Positions 40,280 to 48,897 of a stretch of 64,000 nucleotides of DNA are shown here, piece after piece. Position numbers and translations under genes: made by a program. The stretch is taken from NCBI GenBank assembly GCA_963675745.2, contig CAXXWX010000026.1, positions 736,001 through 800,000 of the forward strand, read 5' to 3'. The notes below the pieces were generated by a model, which did not search any database, was not told where the DNA came from, and saw only the letters and a list, made by a program, of their open reading frames with translations. The stretch is from Phycisphaerae bacterium (GTDB lineage: Bacteria; Planctomycetota; Phycisphaerae; UBA1845; Fen-1342). Positions within the stretch are counted from its first letter, which is position 1. Every line of letters begins with the position of its first letter.

Positions 40280-41173
40280 GTGCTCGAGTTCTTTCAGGCC
40301 GTTCGTGAGTTTTCGTTCTTACAGGTTGCCCTGCTGGCCGGTGTGCTGGCCAGCGTGGCGTGTGGCGTGGTCGGCAGCTACGTGGTTGTCCGGCGGATCT
40401 CGTTTGTCGCCGGCGGCATCGCGCACTGCGTGCTGGGGGGCATGGGCGCGGCCCGCTATCTGGCGGTCGTCCATGGCTGGGAGATGTACGAGCCGTTTCG
40501 CGGCTGGCAACCCTTGCACCCGCTTTACGGCGCTATTACCGCCGCCCTGCTCGCCGCCGTGATCATCGGCCTGGTGAGCATGCGCGGCGGACAACGCGAA
40601 GACACGGTGATCGGCGCCCTGTGGGCCATCGGCATGGCGACCGGCGTGCTCTTCATCGCCCGCACGCCGGGATACCAGGAAGAGTTGATGAGCTACCTGT
40701 TCGGCAACATTCTGATGGTCGCCCAGCAGGATTTGTGGCTGCTCGCGCTGCTGGACATCGTGATCGTCGGGGTTGGTCTGCTCTTCTATAACCAGCTTCA
40801 GGCCGTGTGCTTTGACGAGGAGTTCGCCCGACTGCGCGGGCTGCGCGTCGAGTTGTACTACATCCTGCTACTGTGTCTCACCGCCCTGACCGTCGTGCTG
40901 CTGATCAGCGTGGTGGGCATTGTCATGGTCATCGCGCTGCTTACGTTGCCGGTGGCGGTCGCCGGCTACTTCTGCCGTACGCTCTGGCAGCTCATGCTCG
41001 TGTCGTCATTGCTGAGCATGGTGTTCACGTCGGCGGGATTGGCGTTGAGCTATGGTCCCGATCTGCCCGCGGGGGCCACAACAATCGTCCTCGCCGGCGC
41101 GGTTTACGTGCTGGTGCTGATCGGCTCACGCGTGGCCCGGTCCTGGACAGCGCGCGTCCAGCGCCATGCGTAA
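40280..41173 (+). CDS. znuB: Zn/Mn ABC transporter permease
   Basis: G.YVVVRR...GGIAH..LGG, YLFGNIL, FDEEFA and GATT. Confidence 0.92.
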   Translation: MLEFFQAVREFSFLQVALLAGVLASVACGVVGSYVVVRRISFVAGGIAHCVLGGMGAARYLAVVHGWEMYEPFRGWQPLHPLYGAITAALLAAVIIGLVSMRGGQREDTVIGALWAIGMATGVLFIARTPGYQEELMSYLFGNILMVAQQDLWLLALLDIVIVGVGLLFYNQLQAVCFDEEFARLRGLRVELYYILLLCLTALTVVLLISVVGIVMVIALLTLPVAVAGYFCRTLWQLMLVSSLLSMVFTSAGLALSYGPDLPAGATTIVLAGAVYVLVLIGSRVARSWTARVQRHA

Positions 41174-41210
41174 CCTCGTGCATACACGTCAAAGCACCTA
41201 CAATCCGCGC

Positions 41211-42329
41211 ATGCATCATAGACGCACGATTCCACTGATCCTCCTGGTCGCGGTCGCGGTCGGCGGCTGCGACCGTCCCCCGCAAAAGCCGCAAACGCAC
41301 AACGGCCCCGTAACGGCCGACCAAAGCCCTGTAACGGCCGGCGCCCCGCCGGCCGCCGATGGTGCGCCACGCTGCGACACGCCAACACCCACCGGACACA
41401 CCGTCAAGCGCGCGCGCGAAGTCATGGGCACCTTCGCCGAGGTGACGGCGATCGCCCCGGACAAGGCGACCGCCGCTTCGGCCGTCGAGATCGCCTATCA
41501 GCGCATCGACGACGTCAACCGGTTGATGAGCGACTACGTTGACGACAGCGAGATCGGCCGGCTAAACCGCCTCGGCGCGGGCGAAGCGCTGGTAGTCTCG
41601 CCCGAGACTTTTCGATGTTTGCAGCGCGCGGCGGAGATCGCGGAGGCCAGCGGCGGGGCGTTTGACGCCACCTGCCGCCCACTGGTGCGGCTCTGGCGCC
41701 GCGCAGGCAAGGTACAACAGCTACCTTCAGCCGAGGACATCCGCGCCACGCTGCGGAAGGTCGGCTGGCAAAAAGTCAGGCTCGATCCAGCCACGCGCCG
41801 CGTGACCCTTGCTACCGAGGGGATGCAATTGGACGTCGGCGGCATCGCCAAGGGCTACGCCCTCGACCTGGCCGCCGAGGCGATGCTCTCCGCCGGCGCA
41901 ACCGGCGTACTGGTCAACATTGGCGGCGATTTGCGCGCGCTGGGCGGTCAGCCAGGAGATACGCCGTGGCGCATCGGCGTCAAGCACCCCTTCCAGACCG
42001 GGTTGTTCGGCAAGCTGGCCTTGAAGGACGGCGCCGTGGCCACGTCGGGGGTGCAACAGAGGTTCGTCGAGATTGACGGGCAACGCTACTCGCACGTGAT
42101 TGACCCGCGCACCGGGCAGCCGGCGGCCGAAGCCCCCAGCGTAACGGTCATCGCTCCTGACGGGATCACCGCCGATGCCTGGGCGACGGCGTTTAGCGTT
42201 CTGCCGGTGGCTGAGGCCCGTGAACTGGCTCAGCGCCTCGATGGTATTGAAGTGATGTGGATCTCAGGCACGGCCGCCGCGCCGATCGTCACACAGACAA
42301 GCGGTTTTGCCGCCTACGTCATCGAGTAG
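41211..42329 (+). CDS. apbE: FAD:protein FMN transferase lipoprotein
   Basis: Lipobox VGGC; MGT, GAFDAT, LDVGGIAKGYA, GGD, ATSG, YSHVIDPRTG and ADAWATA. Confidence 0.94.
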   Translation: MHHRRTIPLILLVAVAVGGCDRPPQKPQTHNGPVTADQSPVTAGAPPAADGAPRCDTPTPTGHTVKRAREVMGTFAEVTAIAPDKATAASAVEIAYQRIDDVNRLMSDYVDDSEIGRLNRLGAGEALVVSPETFRCLQRAAEIAEASGGAFDATCRPLVRLWRRAGKVQQLPSAEDIRATLRKVGWQKVRLDPATRRVTLATEGMQLDVGGIAKGYALDLAAEAMLSAGATGVLVNIGGDLRALGGQPGDTPWRIGVKHPFQTGLFGKLALKDGAVATSGVQQRFVEIDGQRYSHVIDPRTGQPAAEAPSVTVIAPDGITADAWATAFSVLPVAEARELAQRLDGIEVMWISGTAAAPIVTQTSGFAAYVIE

Positions 42330-42362
42330 CGTCCGCCGCTACTTGAGATGTAGCGCCACTCG

Positions 42363-44156
42363 TCATGCGTAGCTGTGTACGCTGGCGATATAGAAATTCA
42401 CGAAGAACCAGTTGAAGGCCATCATCACACAGCCGGCGATCGAAAGCCATGCGGTCCACAAGCCTCGGTTGCGCACGACGAAGCGCACGTGCAGCAGAAT
42501 CGCGTACACGAGCCACGTGTTCAGCGCGAAGACTTCCTTTGGATCCCAGCCCCAGGGCCGACCCCACGAGTAGTCGGCCCACCACGCGCCCAGGATAATC
42601 CCGCCGACGAAGAGCAACAGAAAGACCATGTTGAGGATGATCAGATGCGCCCAGTCAAAATCGTTGAGCCACTGAGGCAGTGACTGGTCAGCTTCATCGC
42701 CCGGCGTGGCACCCGCCAGAATCGGACGCTGCTGCACAAACCCCAGCCCCATGCCGAGCCCGCTGCCGTCGTCGAGCCCCGTCCCCGCCTGTCGCTGAAA
42801 CTTGCGCCCGAGCATCACCGCGTAATACCCGATCAGGTAGATCACGGCGATGACGGCCGCCAGGTAGACCAGCGCGTAGGCCGCGATAATCATGACCGTG
42901 TGCAGCCGCAGTTGAATGTCGTCGAGAATGGCCGGGATGGTCCCGAGTTCGGCGCCGGGCAGCACGAAGCTGCCCATGACCAGGCCGAGAAAACCGGTTG
43001 CCGCCGCGGCGACCAGCAGGATGCGTGTCCGCTGGAAGATCTCGATCAAAAGGGCCACCGCGATGCCCATCCACGCCGACGCGACGACCGCCTCGAACAT
43101 GTTCGCGACGGGAATGCGCCCCAGAATGCTCCAGCGCAGCCCCACTCCATAGGCGTGGATCGACAGTGCGACGAGCATCAGCGCAAACGCCGTGCCCCAC
43201 GCCCAACGCCAGCGTGTTACCAGCGCGGGCAGCGCAAACAGCAGCGCCAGAAAGTACACCAGCCACCCCCAGGTGAATTTGCCGAACGAGTAGTACCGCG
43301 CCTCGGCCGCGCGTTGAGCGACGGACGGATACACTCCCGGCCCGGCCAACGTGGGCAGGAAAGCCGCCAGGCGATCCAGGTATTTTTGCGTGCCTGCCGC
43401 ATCACCGCCCAGCCAGGCCTTCTTGAGCAGTTTCCAGTCAACGGTTATGCGCAGCGCGTCGTCGGCGCTGAACTCCGGCATCGGGCTCATCGCGTGCGGC
43501 GAGATGGTGGCCCGCGTCAACCCGAGCTGCGCCATCTGTTCAAGCGTCAGATTGCCTTCGACCTGACCGGCGGTCCCCCACGGCGCGACGTCGTCACCGC
43601 CGGGCTGGGGCACGAAAGTCAGGAATTGGTCGAGACGCTGGGCGATGGCCTGGGCGCCGCGCACGCGGTTCAGCGCGCTGCGCATGATGTTGTGCGTCTC
43701 CATTTCGCGAATCTGCGCATTGAGACGCTCGTCATCGAATTCGCGGGGTGTGAAGTGGCGGCTTTCGAGCAGCTCCGCGCGCCGCTCGGCATCAAGGTGC
43801 CCCGCCAGCCGCATGCGCACGGCTTTCTCGCGGACCTTGATCAGCGGCTCGTCGGCATATGCGTCGCGGTTGAACTCCCATTCGAGCAGAGACGCCACCG
43901 GGCTCAGGCCGGGCAGATGCTCGCGCCCGGTCATCGCGGCGAACGACTCGCGCGCGAACGAATCCAGCGTCTTGTAGCGCCCGCGATCCTGCACCGCGAT
44001 CAAGCTCGCCGCCGACCAGTCGATCTGGTCGTCCAGGGCGGCCGCCCGGCCTGACGGTTCGAGCGGCTCGCTCTTGCCACACGAGACCAGCGGGAGCACC
44101 ACCAGCAATATCCCCAGCCGTGCAAAACGGGTTGTGAATGATGTCCGCGCTATCAC
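42363..44156 (-). CDS. ccsA: System II cytochrome c maturation protein CcsA/ResC with a large N-terminal periplasmic domain
   Basis: GR.KTLDSFAR, GRIPVANMFE, LRLHT and the WWD motif GAWWADYSWGRPWGWDPKE. The GTG start overlaps the upstream stop. Confidence 0.93.
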   Translation of the reverse strand: MIARTSFTTRFARLGILLVVLPLVSCGKSEPLEPSGRAAALDDQIDWSAASLIAVQDRGRYKTLDSFARESFAAMTGREHLPGLSPVASLLEWEFNRDAYADEPLIKVREKAVRMRLAGHLDAERRAELLESRHFTPREFDDERLNAQIREMETHNIMRSALNRVRGAQAIAQRLDQFLTFVPQPGGDDVAPWGTAGQVEGNLTLEQMAQLGLTRATISPHAMSPMPEFSADDALRITVDWKLLKKAWLGGDAAGTQKYLDRLAAFLPTLAGPGVYPSVAQRAAEARYYSFGKFTWGWLVYFLALLFALPALVTRWRWAWGTAFALMLVALSIHAYGVGLRWSILGRIPVANMFEAVVASAWMGIAVALLIEIFQRTRILLVAAAATGFLGLVMGSFVLPGAELGTIPAILDDIQLRLHTVMIIAAYALVYLAAVIAVIYLIGYYAVMLGRKFQRQAGTGLDDGSGLGMGLGFVQQRPILAGATPGDEADQSLPQWLNDFDWAHLIILNMVFLLLFVGGIILGAWWADYSWGRPWGWDPKEVFALNTWLVYAILLHVRFVVRNRGLWTAWLSIAGCVMMAFNWFFVNFYIASVHSYA

Positions 44157-45841
44157 TTCGCAATACCTCGTGATTTCATGCGTCGTAGCATTACCGGCTT
44201 GACATAGAATGCATACAGGCAACCGATCGTGATCAGCACCCACCCGACGCTCATCGGCCAGATGCCCCGCCGGTTACCAACGCCCAGGACCGTGTAACTC
44301 CACCCGTCCTGCGCTGCTCCGCTCTGGTAGAGTGTCCAGCCACCAATCGTGCTGGTCTCGTTTGTGTAGGTCGTATCCGGCCGCGGTGTCGCATCCGGCC
44401 CCTCGGCCACGAGAAAGTCGCTGCGGTAGGACTCAACGCCGCGCATCCCCGGGAAATACGTCACGCTCAGCTTGATCGGTGCGAGTGTGAAGCCCAGGTC
44501 GTGTCGCTGGCGGGAATAGACCAGGCGCCACGGGGCGTCCTCTCCGGGAACATCGACGGTCAGCGCCTGCACATTCACGTCCGTGTAGTGGCTGAAGGGC
44601 AGCCAATGCGTCCGTGTCCAGTCGGCGTGGTCACCACGGCCGGTGAGCTTCAGGCGGATTGCCGAGAGAGCCCGCGCGCTGATGCTCGGCATGCGTCTTT
44701 CGATCGGCTCGATGATCGGCTCACGCTCGATCATGCCATCGGGCCCCACGACCGGCTCGCCGGAGCCATCGACGCGCGCGCCCATCTCGGCGATATACGG
44801 AACATAGCCGGTAATCTGCACGTCGAAGGGCAACCCCGCCGAGTCGACGTTGATCGGCATGCGCCAGCGTTCGAACCACCCCGTCGGGATGGTCAATCCC
44901 ATCAGGCTGAGCGCCGGCGAGCTGCGTTTGGAAGGCACGGGTTCACCACGCGTGTCGCGCAGCACAACCCCCTCGTCGGTGTAGCGCTCGCGGTGAATGG
45001 GCAGGCCGATGATCGGCTTGATGTGTTCGCCGCTGTCGCCGACTTTGCTGACATAGAGCGTGACCTCTTCGCGGTCAAAGAACTGGTCTTTGGTCGAGAA
45101 GGTCAACAGGCCGAGCTCGGCGCCGTTGGCCAGGCGTTGCCACGGCTGCCCATCAGTGAGCGTGACATCGCTGGGGGGATTCTGGCCGATGTGAACGCGG
45201 ACGCGCGCGGTCGCGACGGGAGTGAGTCCGTCGCCCTGGGTGTCCAGCACGGTAACGTGCATCGCGCCGCCCAGCCCCGGAAGAAACCGCGCCCACTCGT
45301 TGCCCGTCTCCGCCAGCAACTGCCCCACGTTCGTGGCTTTTCCGCGCGCCTGGGCACGAATGATAATCTGGGGCGAACGCAGCATCACGTCGCCTTCCAC
45401 CTTTGAGCCGAAGTACCAGCCGGCGCCGAGGATCAGCAGGATCATGCCGATGTGCGTCAGCAACCCGCCGGCATTGACCGCCTTCCAGCGCGAACGGTAA
45501 AACGTGACCAGCAGCATCGATATCAACAGCAGCGCGGATAGCAGTGCGAACAGCCAGTGTCTGAACGCCTGCATCTCGGTGACTTCGACCGCGCCACGCA
45601 CCTGGGGCAGCGCCGACATGATCGACGCGTACGCCAATACAAGAAACAGCAGCGCGATTCCGAACCAGAAGCTCGTGAACAGCCGAATGATTGGGTTGCG
45701 TATGCGTTGCGCGCGAGAGCGCGAGTCGCCGCTTACCGACTCTGATCGCGCGACCGGCTCCACCTCGGGCGGTTTCACCGGCGCGGTGCTCTGACCGGCG
45801 TCGCGCGCCTGTGTTAATTGCTCATGACCGATTGTGCCCAT
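44153..45841 (-). CDS. CcsB/ResB-like cytochrome c maturation protein
   Basis: Three N-terminal TMs with LTHIG (conserved His), a large periplasmic domain (Y.S, LYQS) and a C-terminal TM (G...AFYVKP); translationally coupled to ccsA. Confidence 0.8.
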   Translation of the reverse strand: MGTIGHEQLTQARDAGQSTAPVKPPEVEPVARSESVSGDSRSRAQRIRNPIIRLFTSFWFGIALLFLVLAYASIMSALPQVRGAVEVTEMQAFRHWLFALLSALLLISMLLVTFYRSRWKAVNAGGLLTHIGMILLILGAGWYFGSKVEGDVMLRSPQIIIRAQARGKATNVGQLLAETGNEWARFLPGLGGAMHVTVLDTQGDGLTPVATARVRVHIGQNPPSDVTLTDGQPWQRLANGAELGLLTFSTKDQFFDREEVTLYVSKVGDSGEHIKPIIGLPIHRERYTDEGVVLRDTRGEPVPSKRSSPALSLMGLTIPTGWFERWRMPINVDSAGLPFDVQITGYVPYIAEMGARVDGSGEPVVGPDGMIEREPIIEPIERRMPSISARALSAIRLKLTGRGDHADWTRTHWLPFSHYTDVNVQALTVDVPGEDAPWRLVYSRQRHDLGFTLAPIKLSVTYFPGMRGVESYRSDFLVAEGPDATPRPDTTYTNETSTIGGWTLYQSGAAQDGWSYTVLGVGNRRGIWPMSVGWVLITIGCLYAFYVKPVMLRRMKSRGIAK

Positions 45842-46024
45842 ATGTGCTCCACGCGCCCCGCTTGCGGCCCTGGAATACTCACAATTGCGCCACTATAGCG
45901 GAATGCGCCGTGTGTGACAGCCTCAGACCGGCACTCGGACCGGCCGGGCAATCAGGCCCAGATGTAATCAGGGGATTATACGTGCATCCGGCCGGCCGGC
46001 GCGCCGTCCACGCGCGCCGGTACC

Positions 46025-46070
46025 AAACAAAGCGGGCCGGCCCGGAGCAATGATGACTTCCGGGCCGGCC
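46025..46070 (-). terminator. Rho-independent terminator of the octaheme cytochrome gene
   Basis: Minus strand GGCCGGCCCGGA-loop-TCCGGGCCGGCC followed by CGCTTTGTTT, about 35 bp after the stop. Confidence 0.75.
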
Positions 46071-46103
46071 GTTGCTTATTCCACAGGTACTCGCCGTCGA
46101 CGG

Positions 46104-47714
46104 CTAACCGCCAAACGGATCGCCCTCGTATCCCAGGGCCTCAAAGAAGCCCGCCACGCCATGGCACTGCTCGCACTTAAGTGCGTCCGCGCCACTTACG
46201 ACCTCGTGGTTGATCGTCAGGTACGCAACGGTGTTTACGAAGCCATACGTGCCGCTGTAATCCTGGCCGGTGTATGCGGTGCCGTCCTGGATCGCCAGAT
46301 CCCAGTCGTACTTGACCCAATAGGGGTTTTCACCACCCTTGGTGCCGAACAGGTGCGGAACAACGACGCGCTGGTTAACAGTGTCAGCCGGCTGGTCCCC
46401 GATCATCTTCTTGAACGGGTATATCTTGGCGCCCTCGGTCTCGATGGTCGCCGTCGGCCGCGCCAGGACAACCGGGTCCGCGACGGTGCCGGCCTCGGTG
46501 TAAGTGTCGCTGACGCCGACGATCATGCGCTCCCACTTGCCGTCATACCACATGTATGTGGGTCGAACGCTCTTGGCCCAGACAAAGCTCCCCTTCTTCT
46601 TGTCGTAGGTCGCCTTGCCGTAGTCGTCGGTGGGAATCGGGTCGAGATCCTGACCGGCCTCTGACCAGTACCACTCAACCTTGGTCGGCATGCTGCGCGC
46701 GAACGTTGGGATGTGGCAGGTCTGGCACGCTACCGTCGCGCCATGGAAGTTCAGAACCGACGAAAGCAGGGCCGAGGCCGAGTGCGCCGCTTCTCCGTGA
46801 CAGCGGATACATGACGCGTCGCCTCCTCCTTCGGTAACCGAGTGCAGCGGCATGCCGGCGATGCCGTGATTCTCAGTGACGTGGCACTGCTGGCAGGCGA
46901 AGTTCATGCCCTCGGCAGCCATGTGCACGTCCATCGCCTCGGTGGGATCAGTCAGGTCGGAAGACAGGTCGCCATGTTTGACGTTGTCGCCGCCACCGGC
47001 GTAGAAATGGCAACTGCCGCAGTTCTGGCGCTGCGGGGCACCGACGTTGTAGGCCACGTCCTGCAACGCATCGGCCCCGACAACCGTCAGCTCGCCGTCA
47101 ATCATCAGCGCCGGCGGCCCACCGCCACCATCGGCCGTCGGATGCTTCTTGTACGTGTCCGTGGTATCGTGGCACACTAGGCAGTCGACGTTGTCAACGC
47201 TCGCGAAATCGAACGTATCGTCCTTCCAACCATAGCCGGGGTGGCACGCCGTGCAGCGGCCCTCGTTGGAGGGGACCGCGATGCAGAAGTTGTTGATCAG
47301 GTCGGCCTTGCCGTGCACCTCGCCTTCGACGCCGATGATGTTGGCCACCTCGCCCTGCCAGTTCCAGTGTCCGGTCTGGATCAGATCGCGGGCCGAGGCG
47401 GAGTGGCACACCAGGCAACTTTCGCCCACCCCCTGAAAGCCGTCGGGTATGATCTCAGTGAAGATCAACTCGTGTTTTGATTTGGCCGTGCCGTCGGTTC
47501 CATCCGTACCATCGGTGCCGTCTGTGCCGTCGGTACCATCCGTGCCGTCGGTGCCGTCGGTGCCGTCGCCCGGACCCACGTCATTTGGATCGGTGACATC
47601 CCCATCGCCGCCGTCCGTGGGGATACCGTCAATAGCCGGGCAACCGGCGAGATTCGCTGTCACCGCCACACCGAGCGCGGCCAGCATGACAAAACGCGCC
47701 ATCCGTGCTGACAT
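46104..47714 (-). CDS. Octaheme cytochrome c, tetrathionate reductase (OTR) family, lipoprotein
   Basis: Eight CXXCH motifs; family motifs HW.W, GK...INNFC, CT.CH.GYGW, GGGDNVKHGDL, DVHM, CQTCHIP.FAR and KIYPFK; lipobox LAGC; GCAGGAG RBS. Confidence 0.92.
   Translation of the reverse strand: MSARMARFVMLAALGVAVTANLAGCPAIDGIPTDGGDGDVTDPNDVGPGDGTDGTDGTDGTDGTDGTDGTDGTDGTAKSKHELIFTEIIPDGFQGVGESCLVCHSASARDLIQTGHWNWQGEVANIIGVEGEVHGKADLINNFCIAVPSNEGRCTACHPGYGWKDDTFDFASVDNVDCLVCHDTTDTYKKHPTADGGGGPPALMIDGELTVVGADALQDVAYNVGAPQRQNCGSCHFYAGGGDNVKHGDLSSDLTDPTEAMDVHMAAEGMNFACQQCHVTENHGIAGMPLHSVTEGGGDASCIRCHGEAAHSASALLSSVLNFHGATVACQTCHIPTFARSMPTKVEWYWSEAGQDLDPIPTDDYGKATYDKKKGSFVWAKSVRPTYMWYDGKWERMIVGVSDTYTEAGTVADPVVLARPTATIETEGAKIYPFKKMIGDQPADTVNQRVVVPHLFGTKGGENPYWVKYDWDLAIQDGTAYTGQDYSGTYGFVNTVAYLTINHEVVSGADALKCEQCHGVAGFFEALGYEGDPFGG
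47487..47567 (-). repeat. Nine tandem 9-bp units encoding (DGT)9, a collagen-like linker
   Basis: GAYGGNACN x9 with synonymous variation. Confidence 0.9.
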
Positions 47715-47912
47715 TGTCTGTGCTCTCCTGCATAGAGACGGGCGACGGCAGATCCCGCGCACCCGGTTGACCAATGATCCCAAACCACACGACGTCGCGA
47801 CGGCTCGCACCCCCGTGAGAAATTCATGTTGCGCCGCGAAATACACGACCTTTCGATCGGGTATTATCCCCTACCGGCGCGCTTCAGACAATCCCCCCAC
47901 CGGGTAGTTTCT

Positions 47913-47928
47913 TCCCCTTTAAAGGGGA
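47913..47928. promoter_or_regulatory. Perfect 16-bp palindrome, candidate LuxR/NarL-type operator upstream of the octaheme gene
   Basis: TCCCCTTTAAAGGGGA; related ATCCCC(T/C) half-sites at ~47866 and ~47891. Confidence 0.5.
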
Positions 47929-47953
47929 TGGAAACCACGGCCTGAATGATGGA

Positions 47954-48601
47954 CTATGCGGGATGATTGCGGGCGGCATAGCTTACCGCTTCGGCCCGCG
48001 AGTTTAGCTGGAGCTTGCGATAGACGCCCTTGAGATGCGAACGCACCGTAGACGGAGAAATGCCCAGTTCCTCACCGATCTCATCGTTGCCCAGCCCGCG
48101 TCCCACCAGACGCAGCACTCGCATTTCCTGCTGCGTAAGGTTCGCCACCGGCTCGGCACGCATCTGCCCGGCCGTCAATGTCAGCAGCCGGTTTGCAACC
48201 TCCTCGGACAACTCGACTTGCACCGCTCGTTCCGCGGTCACATCGCAAAAGAGCAGCGCGCGACCGACCTCGTCGCCATGCCGATCGACGTAGCGCGTCG
48301 CGTTTACTTTCAGCGACAGGTTTTCCGGCCATGTTACTCCGACGTCGGCGAGCACGTTCCCGTTGGTCGCCGCGCTGTCTTGCCAGAACGCCAGAAGCTG
48401 CAAGTCTCGCAGCAGGCCACCCAATTGCCGGCCGAGTGCGTCGGCGGCGCTGGTGCCAAGCACGCGCTCGGCAGCGCGGTTCAGCCAGATGACCCGCTCA
48501 CGGGGATCTGTCAGCACCAACCCAACGCACAAGCCCGAGAGAGCCTGTGTGACGATGCAGTCTTGCAGGCAGTCCTTGTAGTCTTGTTCCAAACGGTGCA
48601 T
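47954..48601 (-). CDS. PAS-domain LuxR-family transcriptional regulator
   Basis: PAS motif (W.NRAAE..LG....ALG) plus LTQQEMRVLRLVGRGLGN.EI...LGIS..TVRSHL..VYRKL; no receiver domain. Confidence 0.92.
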   Translation of the reverse strand: MHRLEQDYKDCLQDCIVTQALSGLCVGLVLTDPRERVIWLNRAAERVLGTSAADALGRQLGGLLRDLQLLAFWQDSAATNGNVLADVGVTWPENLSLKVNATRYVDRHGDEVGRALLFCDVTAERAVQVELSEEVANRLLTLTAGQMRAEPVANLTQQEMRVLRLVGRGLGNDEIGEELGISPSTVRSHLKGVYRKLQLNSRAEAVSYAARNHPA

Positions 48602-48897
48602 TCGCTACTCCAGGGCACTGCCCCCGGCGGCCGCCAGCCCGCAGCCGGTTCGGCACACCAGGAATGTCCACGACCCGGCATTTCACATTCTAGCCCGATC
48701 AGGTGTCTCGGCACAGACATCAGTCGACGAGCCGCCTGTCAGCAGCGCGGCCCATGCGGAATAGGGCACATGCGAATTGCAATCACGCCGCGCGTCCCTA
48801 GAATGCGGCGAGCTTGGCCGAATGCGGCACCGATCATCAAACGCACACCACCAATACCGGTGGCAACGCCGATAAGAGTAACTGCGCGAGCCCACTC

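Noticed and set aside
47487..47567. Tandem repeat as a possible CRISPR array or non-coding VNTR
   Set aside because: The 9-bp units have no spacers and are in frame within a CDS; no cas genes are in the window.
46104..47714. HAO/hydrazine dehydrogenase or NrfA identity for the octaheme protein
   Set aside because: Motifs match the OTR family (INNFC, GGGDNVKHGDL) and there is no CXXCK.
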